DNA from: Syntrophaceae bacterium UBA2251
GTDB lineage: Bacteria > Desulfobacterota > Syntrophia > Syntrophales > UBA2251
Direction of reading: 5' to 3'
NCBI GenBank assembly: GCA_002347815.1
Contig: DDXV01000020.1
Location: 7,554-71,553 of the forward strand
Length of the DNA: 64,000 nucleotides
A model generated the notes under the pieces. It saw nothing but the letters and a program-made list of their open reading frames with translations. It searched no databases and had not been told where the DNA came from. Below are positions 1-8,001 of the stretch, piece by piece. The position numbers and the translations under genes were made by a program. Numbering within the stretch: the stretch's first letter is position 1; each line of letters starts with the position of its first letter.

Positions 1-977
1 TGTTCAACCCTTCCGGACCGGCCGCGGCGGGCTGGGGCGTTCCGATGGCCACGGACATCGCCTTCGCCGTGGGCATCCTGGTCCTCCTTGCCTGGCGCAT
101 CCCGCGCGGGGTCATCATCTTTCTGACCGCCCTGGCCATTGCGGATGACCTGGGGGCGGTGCTGGTCATCGCGCTTTTCTTCACGCGGGCCATCGATATG
201 CAGCTTCTGGCCGCGGCCGCCGCACTGCTGGGCATCCTGGTTCTCCTGAACCGCGGCGGGATCCGCCACTCCTTGCCCTATGCCATCCTGGGGATTCTCC
301 TGTGGCTGGCGCTTCTGAAGTCGGGGATACATGCCACCCTGGCCGGCGTGCTCCTGGCCTTCGTGATCCCCCCGCGCCCCATCTTTACGCCCCATCAGTT
401 CGATGAGCGGCTCGATGCGGTGAAACGGGCCCTGCACGAGGCCGAGTCGGATTCCGAAGGGAGCGATATTTTTCTGAGCATTGCCCGGTTGTTCGGTCTG
501 GCCGAGCGTCTCGAAAGGACGTCCGCCGCCGTGCAGTCGCCCCAGCAGCGGATGGAGCACCGCCTCGCCCCCTGGGTAACCTTTGGGATCATCCCGCTGT
601 TTGCCATGGCCAATGCGGGGCTGGATGTGTCTGCGATGCCGATCCGGGAGGTTGTCCTTCAACCCGTGACGCTGGGGGTCGTTCTGGGGCTCGTTTTCGG
701 GAAGTTCCTCGGGATCACGGGATTCTCCTGGCTGGCCGTGAGACTCGGGATGGCGAGCCTCCCCGGCGGCGTCGGGTGGCGTCACATTTCGGGTGCGGCC
801 TGGCTCGGGGGCATCGGATTCACGATGTCCCTCTTCATTGGGCAGTTGGCCTTCGCCGGAGCTCCTTCGCTCTTCGAACAGGCCCGGCTCGGCACCATGC
901 TGGCCTCCCTGATATCCGCGATTCTGGGGCTCGGCTGGCTCTATTTCGGCGCGCGGGGGGCGTCTGCCGACGGCTAG
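1..977 (+). CDS. nhaA: Na+/H+ antiporter NhaA (5' end cut by window edge)
   Basis: The frame is open from base 3. The translation ...GWGVPMATDIAFAVGILVLL...AIADDLGAVLVIALFFT carries the NhaA signature (ATDIAF, ADDLGA). The protein is polytopic and hydrophobic throughout. Confidence 0.9.
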   Translation, partial: FNPSGPAAAGWGVPMATDIAFAVGILVLLAWRIPRGVIIFLTALAIADDLGAVLVIALFFTRAIDMQLLAAAAALLGILVLLNRGGIRHSLPYAILGILLWLALLKSGIHATLAGVLLAFVIPPRPIFTPHQFDERLDAVKRALHEAESDSEGSDIFLSIARLFGLAERLERTSAAVQSPQQRMEHRLAPWVTFGIIPLFAMANAGLDVSAMPIREVVLQPVTLGVVLGLVFGKFLGITGFSWLAVRLGMASLPGGVGWRHISGAAWLGGIGFTMSLFIGQLAFAGAPSLFEQARLGTMLASLISAILGLGWLYFGARGASADG

Positions 978-2182
978 CGGTTGTCCGCTTCCACCGCCTC
1001 CGTGAGACGGTCGCCGAAATCGGGGATGGCCGCCTCAATCCGGACCCAGGCGGACATCATGGGGATGCCCACCGGGTCGGCGACGAAGGCCTTGGTCGCC
1101 TCCTGCAGCGCGACGACGAACGTTTCCGTCGCCTCGATTTCGGAATGGCGGTCGTAGTACAGGCCGTTGAGCAGGGACAGGGCATGGTACTTCTCGATGG
1201 CCACCCGGGCCTCCTCGATGTAGGCCGTGTACAGGGTCCGGAAGAAGGCCTGGCTCATCACGATGCCGTCCTGACTCAGGACGCGCATCAGGGCCTCGGC
1301 GATGTCCTTGGCCATGCGCACCAGCCCCGCGTCGGGCTTTTCCCGGTCCATTTCCTGGTGCTTGTGTTCGTAGGTTTCGGATATCTCCACCTGGCAGATG
1401 CGGTTGAGGGACGCCCGCTGGTAGACCTCGCTTAAGAGCGAGACTTCAAGCCCCCAAGTGGGCGAGATGCGGATGCCGCGGGCGAGGCTGCTGACCAGGG
1501 CAAACTCGCCGGAAAGCGCGTAGCGGAAGTTGCCCAGGTATTCGAGAAAGGCGTTGTACTCCAGAATCCGCTTCAACGTCCGGATCAGCGGGATGTAGTA
1601 GAGCCGGGTCACCCGTCCGTAGAGCCGGTCCGTCACACGGGCGTAATACCCTTTGCTGAATTCGAAATCGACCGCCGGCTGCACTACGGGGTAGATCAGG
1701 CGCGCGAGCATTTCCCGGGAATAGTTGATGATGTCCGTGTCGTGTAGGGCGATGGCATAGATGTTCTTGTCGGCCAGCAGATAGCCCAAGGTCATCCAGA
1801 CCGACCGGCCTTTGCCGGGAGTGTCGACGGAGAAATCGCAGGCCCGCAATTCCTTGTAGAGCGCCTTCATCCGCGGTCCGTCATGCCAGACGACGCGGAC
1901 CTCCATGGGCAGGACGGACAAGACCTTCTTGACTCTGGAGAATTGCCGTTTATCGGCGCGATCGAGGGACAGGACCAGGCGGCGCAGGTAGCGGACCCCC
2001 GTCAACTCAGCGATGATGCGGGGCATGGACGGGGTGTCGAATTCCGACACGAGGGCGGGGAGCAGCAGGGCGATGTTCCGCTTGCGGGCGACGGCCTGGA
2101 GGTCGGTCTCCAGTTCCGCGAGTGGGCGCTCCCCGAGCCTTTGCAGCGTGGTGATCATGCCGTGCTGGTAGAAGTCTGCCAT
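974..2182 (-). CDS. glucosyl-/mannosyl-3-phosphoglycerate synthase-like glycosyltransferase
   Basis: 402-aa ORF with ATG at 2182 preceded by AGGAGAGG. GT-A-like motifs (PGKGRSVWMTLGYLLADKNIYAIALHDTDI, ETYEHKHQ) resemble MpgS/GpgS-type enzymes. It is co-operonic with an MPGP-family phosphatase. The exact sugar specificity is not determinable from sequence. Confidence 0.7.
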   Translation of the reverse strand: MADFYQHGMITTLQRLGERPLAELETDLQAVARKRNIALLLPALVSEFDTPSMPRIIAELTGVRYLRRLVLSLDRADKRQFSRVKKVLSVLPMEVRVVWHDGPRMKALYKELRACDFSVDTPGKGRSVWMTLGYLLADKNIYAIALHDTDIINYSREMLARLIYPVVQPAVDFEFSKGYYARVTDRLYGRVTRLYYIPLIRTLKRILEYNAFLEYLGNFRYALSGEFALVSSLARGIRISPTWGLEVSLLSEVYQRASLNRICQVEISETYEHKHQEMDREKPDAGLVRMAKDIAEALMRVLSQDGIVMSQAFFRTLYTAYIEEARVAIEKYHALSLLNGLYYDRHSEIEATETFVVALQEATKAFVADPVGIPMMSAWVRIEAAIPDFGDRLTEAVEADNR

Positions 2183-3438
2183 GGTTCCTCTCCTTCCGTT
2201 TTTTCCCAGAGGTCAAGCAGGTACCCCTTCATGGACTCGAACATCTGGGCCTGCTGTTCGAAGTGTTCCTCCGCACCGGCCGCATCCTTGTCCCGAAGTT
2301 CATTGACCAGGGATGCGACCCGTCCGTAGTACAGCGGGATCAGCGTGTCGAGGAGCTTCATCCGCTGCCTGGGCGTGGTGTGAAAGGCCCGCATGTAGCG
2401 GTAAACGGTACGGACCCAGGCTTCGACAGGCATGGTGAAGGCGCCGGCGTCGGCATGCCGGGCGAGATGCTTCACGACGTCCAGATCCCGGCGCTCCAGG
2501 ATCTTGTGCCAGACCCCGCCGAAGTTCCTGAAGCCGATCCGGAAATAGTCGATCAGGCTCTCCTGGTCGATGGACAGGGGCGGCGGTTCCTCTCCCACAT
2601 AGTCGCCCAGCGTGGGGACGCTGGTCGAGGCCTGCACCTGGCGCCAGTGGGTTTCGTAGTCCTCCATGAGCTGAAAGATGGTGCCCACGACCTGGCGAAA
2701 CATGGGCCCCAGATCGGCCGCCGGATCCTTTTCCCCGTGGATTTTGGACCCCAGCCTGGCCTGGCAGATCCGATATCCCGAGACGATCGCCGTGGTGGTC
2801 ATCCAGATGTCGATGCCGAAGCGGGCGACGTCCGTTTCCCAAACCTCGCGCTGCAGGTAATCCCGAACCAGTGGGAGGGAGATGCCGAAATCGCCCCCGA
2901 TCGGCTGGCGGATCCGCCGGCCGTAGAGGGCGCGCGTCAGGTTATAGGCGATGGTGTTGGTGATGGTCCCGTCGAGCTTGTGGCGCTGATAGTCCGGCAC
3001 GACGAAATCGTAACCGCCGAAAACCGGATCCAGGAGGTTCCGGACCCAGTTCGGGGTGATGGAGGCGAGATCGGAGTCGAACACGGCCATCGCCTTCGGT
3101 TTGAGAAAGGCGGCCACCTCGAACGCGGCCCGCAACGCGGATCCTTTGCCCGGCAGTCCCCGGTAGATCGTGACGATCTTGTCGATGTTGAAGGACTTGA
3201 CGTCGCAGGAACGCGCCAGGTCGCGCGTATCGTCGGTGGAGCCCCCGTCCGCGATCATGATGAGCGCCTTGGCGTCAGGGTAGCGGTCCTTCAGACCCTG
3301 AGCCACGGTCCGGATCACATGAACGATGGCGGGTCCGCTCTGGTAGGCGGGGATGCCGATGACGATGTCGGCCATTCGGAGCCCCTCGATCTTCTGGCGG
3401 ACATGGTCGCGAATGGCTGAGGAGAATCTTTGCATCAT
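2155..3438 (-). CDS. family-2-type glycosyltransferase (possible second sugar-transfer step of a glycosylglycerate pathway)
   Basis: N-terminus is IGIPAYQSGPAIVHVIRT...IADGGSTDDT...DSDL (GT-A/DXD-like). ATG-ATG at 3438 is preceded by GGAGGG. The track start at 3465 is a TTG lying 1 nt after the mscS stop. The 3' end overlaps the next gene by 28 nt. Confidence 0.8.
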   Translation of the reverse strand: MMQRFSSAIRDHVRQKIEGLRMADIVIGIPAYQSGPAIVHVIRTVAQGLKDRYPDAKALIMIADGGSTDDTRDLARSCDVKSFNIDKIVTIYRGLPGKGSALRAAFEVAAFLKPKAMAVFDSDLASITPNWVRNLLDPVFGGYDFVVPDYQRHKLDGTITNTIAYNLTRALYGRRIRQPIGGDFGISLPLVRDYLQREVWETDVARFGIDIWMTTTAIVSGYRICQARLGSKIHGEKDPAADLGPMFRQVVGTIFQLMEDYETHWRQVQASTSVPTLGDYVGEEPPPLSIDQESLIDYFRIGFRNFGGVWHKILERRDLDVVKHLARHADAGAFTMPVEAWVRTVYRYMRAFHTTPRQRMKLLDTLIPLYYGRVASLVNELRDKDAAGAEEHFEQQAQMFESMKGYLLDLWEKTEGEEPWQTSTSTA

Positions 3439-3465
3439 GGAGGCCCTCCGGAAATAAACGGTCAA

Positions 3466-5159
3466 TCAGGGATTCCCGCCGGTCTTGCCCCCCGGCCCCG
3501 CAACCCTGAAGGCCGGCGGCGTGTAGGATTCCGGCAGATACGCCTCCGGGATGGTCGTCTGGTTGCCTTCCCGCAGGGCGGCATAATGGGGCGACATGAT
3601 CTCAATGCCCGCCTCGTTGAAGCTGTCCTGGATGTTCTGGTGCAATTCCGAATAAGTAGATGCCATCATGGCGGGTTTGTCCGTGTAGGCGTTCAGTTCG
3701 TAGCTAACATAGGAATCATCCAAGCTCGTCTGGAAAACAAAGGGGGCCGGCGCCTTCAGGATGTGGGCCGTTTTGGCGGCAGCGGCCGTCAGACATGCAT
3801 GAACTTCCCTCCACGGCACGTCGTAGCCGATCGTCACGCCGGTGTGCAGGATGAGGCCGGCCGTTTCCGAAGAGGAGCTGTAATTCACGATGTGGCTGCC
3901 GAGAATCATGGCGTTGGGAATGGTGATTTCCTCGTTCTTGATGGTCCTCAGGCGCGTCACGAGCAGCGTCTTTTCGACCACGTCGCCCGTGGCGTCCGAT
4001 ATCCGGACGCGATCGCCGATGCGAAAGGCCCGCATGTAGGTCATGATCAGGCCGGCCACGACATTGGCGACGGCCGCCGTGGAGCCCAGGGACAGCAGGA
4101 CGCCGATAAAGATGGACACCCCCTTGAAGGCCGGCGCGTCCGAACCCGGGAGGTAAGGAAACGCGGCCACCACCCCGAGTGCCAGCAGGAGGAAACGGAC
4201 GATCGCATAGGTCGGCGGGGCCCATTCGGGATAAAAGCCGGGAAAGACGAGGACGCCCTTCTCCACGGCCGAGAAGACGAATTTGGCTAGCTTCAGCAGG
4301 TAGTACATGATCAGGACGATGATCGTCAGGAAAAACAGGTTCGGCAGGAAGTCCAGCAGGGCGCCGGCGATGATCGACAGCGGCGTCAGGATGTAGCCCA
4401 GGATCTTCGATGAATACGCCTTCGTCCAGGGGAAGAACGTCAGGACGAACCCCGTATAGAAGTACAGGGTCGCCAGCAGGATAACCCAATAGATCAGCCT
4501 GGCTGCCCGGATCAGCATGTCGCCGAGTTGCCGGGAACTTAAAATCTCCAGCTTCTGGAATTTGATCGCGGGAATGCGCACCCCTTTCCACGATTCGACG
4601 ATGGCATACACCTTGACGAAGAGTTTTTTCCAGGCGTAGACGAACAGGCCCAGAACGACCGTGAACAGAACGGCAAACAGCATGCCGGTCAGAACCGACT
4701 TCACGCTCCTGTCTTTTCGGTATTCCCCGATGGCGGCCTGGATCGTCGCGGCGTATTCCTGGGCGAGATCGAGTCGCTTCTTGCCCGCGGCCTTGGCGTC
4801 GGCGTCCGTCACGGTCATGAGCACCAAGTCGTCGACGGAAACGTCCGTGGAGGTCTCCCCGTTCGTGACCGAGATCTTGTCGATCCCGACCTGATGGTTA
4901 TCGGCCAGTTTCGCGATACGGGCCTGGACGAATTTCGCCCGTTCTTCGTGGGAAAGGGAAAACACCCTGGCCTGAATCGAAAAAAGGGTCCGGTTGTCGA
5001 AAACCACCGGGGGGCGCCGGCGGCCTGGACGTCTTTGGCCTCCTTGGGGGCGGATTGGCGCGCGTCGCCGGTGGGAACGGCGCACAGCGCGGAAATCAGG
5101 AAGATCAGGAACGACAGCCCCAGAATGAAACGTCCCGTGATGCGTTTTTGCGAAGTCAT
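3466..5159 (-). CDS. MscS-family mechanosensitive channel with an apparent -1 frameshift at a G6/C6 tract (5009-5014)
   Basis: ATG at 5159 has an AGGAGA RBS and encodes a signal peptide (MTSQKRITGRFILGLSFLIFLISALCA). The conserved body (VVFDNRTLFSIQARVF...MscS beta-domain...IEIMSPH) continues in another frame from about 5008 down to the stop at 3466. One extra C would join the two frames. Confidence 0.8.
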
Positions 5160-5284
5160 GCTGCGTCTCCTGAAGGGCCGATGGGATTCCGGCCCCGTCG
5201 GCGGATGATGCGGATCGGATATCGGTTGCGTTCAGGTTGCCCGGCGTTTCCTCCGGGAATCGGACTTCCCGAGCCAGGATAGCT

Positions 5285-6184
5285 TCAGAGCGGCTCTTTA
5301 TCAAATAAAAAATGCTGCCATTTTCGCCGACCCGCGTCCTGCCCGCGGCCGCGGACGGGAAACACGCCCGCCTCGTCGAGCAGCGCGAGGACCGCCTCGT
5401 TCCAGCCCCGGCTGCCCGGGTGGGCGGCGCGTCTGGCGCTCGGGAAACCCCCGTCGATGCCACCGCCGCCTCCAGCGTGGGGGATGATCACGGGAATGTC
5501 GACCGCGTCGAGCAGGGGGGCGTCGTTTTCGCTGTCGCCCAAGCCGATCGTCAACGGTGCCCGGCCCAGGTTGCTGCGAAAAACCTCCGCGGTCAGGCGG
5601 ACGGCATGGCCCTTGTCCTGTCCGCCTCCCGAGAGGTGGTGGAACCGTCCGCCACGGACGAGACTGAACCCGCGGGCCTGGGCCATTTTCCTGAAGGCCG
5701 CAACGTGCTCCGGGTTTTCGATGATCAGGGGTTCGGAAAACTCCCTGGCCTTGGCCAGGCGGGCCTCCGCCAGCGGCAGGCCCGTCAGCCCGGCGATCTC
5801 CTGGGGCGACAGGTCCCCGAATCCGAGGACACCGCAACGCGTCCCGGCCTCGGCCACGAAGCGCCGGAGCTCGGTATACGGAACGCCTCGGGAAAGGACG
5901 CGATAACGGTCCTGCCGAACCGCATGAGGAATCGAAAACCGGCGGTACCCCTCGGGGAAGAAAACGGCGGCGCCGTTCTCGCAGATGAAGGGGGCCCGGA
6001 TGTCCATCGCCGCCTGCAGGCGCTCGACTTCCGCCCGCGTTTTGCTCGTCGTGAAGATCAGCGGGATGTGGTGCTCCCGGAGCGCCGTCAGGGCGGGAGT
6101 TGCGTCCGTCCACGCGTAATCGGCTTCGTTCAGCAGGGTGCCGTCGAGATCCGTGAAAATGATGAGGGTCGTCTTCCGGTTCAT
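5285..6184 (-). CDS. HAD-IIB phosphatase, mannosyl-3-phosphoglycerate phosphatase (YedP/MPGP) family
   Basis: MNRKTTLIIFTDLDGTLL...IFTTSKTRAE...ICENGA...GLGDSENDAPLL aligns along its length with the YedP/MPGP family. Start chosen at the ATG at 6184; the track ORF extends 18 codons further upstream. Confidence 0.85.
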   Translation of the reverse strand: MNRKTTLIIFTDLDGTLLNEADYAWTDATPALTALREHHIPLIFTTSKTRAEVERLQAAMDIRAPFICENGAAVFFPEGYRRFSIPHAVRQDRYRVLSRGVPYTELRRFVAEAGTRCGVLGFGDLSPQEIAGLTGLPLAEARLAKAREFSEPLIIENPEHVAAFRKMAQARGFSLVRGGRFHHLSGGGQDKGHAVRLTAEVFRSNLGRAPLTIGLGDSENDAPLLDAVDIPVIIPHAGGGGGIDGGFPSARRAAHPGSRGWNEAVLALLDEAGVFPVRGRGQDAGRRKWQHFLFDKEPL

Positions 6185-6474
6185 GGTTCGTGCCCGCTCG
6201 GGATTGACCGACGCGCCAATCCAACACATCATACGCAATGAACGGACAAAAGGCGAGGAAAACGACGATTGCTTTGCATATCGCTAAGATATCCATGAAA
6301 TCTCCCCTTGCCTTTTGGGGGGCGAGGGTGCATAGGAAAAACGGGCGGCCGGGGGATGGCCGGACGGGACGCGGGATCGCCGGGAACACGGGCGTCTCCC
6401 GCGCGGGAATCAAGACAAGGGGAAAAAGAGGGAGAACCTGGAGAAGGGGTCTCTTGCGAAGGGAGGGGGCGACA

Positions 6475-7212
6475 ATGAAGAAAACGGCGAAAAGATTCTT
6501 GGCGGGGGTCGGCATCGTCCTGGTTTTGGTCATCCTGGCCTTGGGCGGGTATCTCGTCAAGATGAACATGGAAACGCGGAAGATGACGCCGTCGGCCACC
6601 GGGGAGATCACGGCCGGCGTGTATGCCGTCCGGGATTCCTACGTCAATCTTTTCCTGATCAAAGGCGCGGACGGATATATCGCCGTCGATGCGGGCAACA
6701 GCCTGAAGCGGGTCCGGCAGGAGATGCAGATCCTGTCCATAGACCCGTCAAAGGTGACGGCCGTCTTTTTGACGCACACCGATTTCGATCATGTGGCCGC
6801 ACTGGACCTGTTTCCCCAAGCCACGATTTACCTCTCGAAGGCCGAGGAGCAGATGATCAACGGGACGACGCCCCGTTTTGTCGTCATCCACAACCCGAAG
6901 ATCCCCCGTTACGCGCTGCTGGACGACGGTCAAACCATCGATGTTTCCGGGCGGAGCGTGCGGGGCATTGCCACGCCCGGCCACACCCCCGGCGCCATGA
7001 GCTACGTCGTCGACGGGGCCTACCTGTTTGTCGGCGATACGATGAGCCTGAAAAACGGGAAAGCCGGTTTATTTAATGAATTTTTCAACATGGATTCGGC
7101 CACGCAGGAAGCATCCATCCGAAAGCTGGCCGCTCTGAAAAATCCGAAATTTGTATTCACCGCCCACTATGGATTCACGGACGATGCCGCTCGAGCGTTC
7201 GGCGATCGCTGA
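6475..7212 (+). CDS. MBL-fold metallo-hydrolase, N-terminally membrane-anchored or secreted
   Basis: ATG at 6475 follows GGGAGGGGG. There is an N-terminal hydrophobic helix (FLAGVGIVLVLVILALGG), then LTHTDFDHV (an HxHxDH-like motif) and GHTPG. Confidence 0.85.
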   Translation: MKKTAKRFLAGVGIVLVLVILALGGYLVKMNMETRKMTPSATGEITAGVYAVRDSYVNLFLIKGADGYIAVDAGNSLKRVRQEMQILSIDPSKVTAVFLTHTDFDHVAALDLFPQATIYLSKAEEQMINGTTPRFVVIHNPKIPRYALLDDGQTIDVSGRSVRGIATPGHTPGAMSYVVDGAYLFVGDTMSLKNGKAGLFNEFFNMDSATQEASIRKLAALKNPKFVFTAHYGFTDDAARAFGDR

Positions 7213-7340
7213 CGGCCGTCGCGCCGGAATGACGGAATGAGCGCGGCCGCGGTCCGGCGTCCCCGGGGATTCCCCGGGGCGGTGTATGGCGGAAACGTGC
7301 CTGAACCGCCAGGGCCTTGAAACGGGCAGGGGAGGCGTCC

Positions 7341-7805
7341 ATGAACCCGGATGACATGCAGGAAAAGGCGGCCAGGCTGTTTGGGGTCCGATTGCATTGA
7401 AGCCAGGCGATTCTTGCGGTCGGGCAGGAAAAACTGGGGATAGAGGATGAGAATCTGATCCGGGCCATGGATCCTTTCGGGGGCGGGTTGGATGGGCATG
7501 GAGAAACCTGCGGGATCGTCATCGGCGGACTGGCCGCCATCGGTTTGCGATTCGGGCGTTCAAAACCCGGCCAGGAGGCCGATATCAGGATGAGGGAATG
7601 CTCGCGCCTGTTCGTGAGGCGCTTCCGGGACGAAGTGGCGGACGGCAAAATCCTGTGTCGCGACATCACCGGGGTTGACTGGCGCGATCCCGTTCAGGTA
7701 AAGAGCTTCCGGGAAGGCGGAGGACGTGATGCGTGTCAGGCCCTGATCGGCAAGACCGCCAAGATCCTCGGCGAGATATTGGAGCGCTCCTGCCCGGAGA
7801 CCTAG
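7341..7805 (+). CDS. C_GCAxxG_C_C family redox protein, candidate selenoprotein (in-frame TGA at 7398-7400)
   Basis: The track reports only 7467-7805. The same frame reads MNPDDMQEKAARLFGVRLH-TGA-SQAILAVGQEKLGIEDENLIRA upstream, from the ATG at 7341 (GGGGAGG RBS). The TGA sits where the family has its first invariant Cys (..NC[AS]QA[VI]L..). The other three Cys are present (GETCG, ILCRD, DACQA). Confidence 0.65.
7402..7425 (+). promoter_or_regulatory. candidate bacterial SECIS-like hairpin downstream of the TGA
   Basis: GCC-[AGG bulge]-CGAUU-(CUUGC loop)-GGUCG-GGC begins 2 nt after UGA, and the apical loop lies about 13-17 nt downstream. An alternative 9-bp helix (7388-7396 with 7415-7423) would enclose the UGA. 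Folded by hand only. Confidence 0.3.
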
Positions 7806-8001
7806 ACGACCCCGCGGATAGGCCCGGGATAGACTTAACGGGCCACGCCATCCCCCCGACAGCCCCCATGTTCATCGCCCCCTCCCCGGCGCCATCCCCG
7901 GATGGCGCATCGGCGCCCCTCCCCAGCTGGCAAAGGGGGTGAGAGACGGTCGGGCCGATTCTCGAAGACAAGGAAGGCGGGCGAAGCCCGCCCATGACGT
8001 T

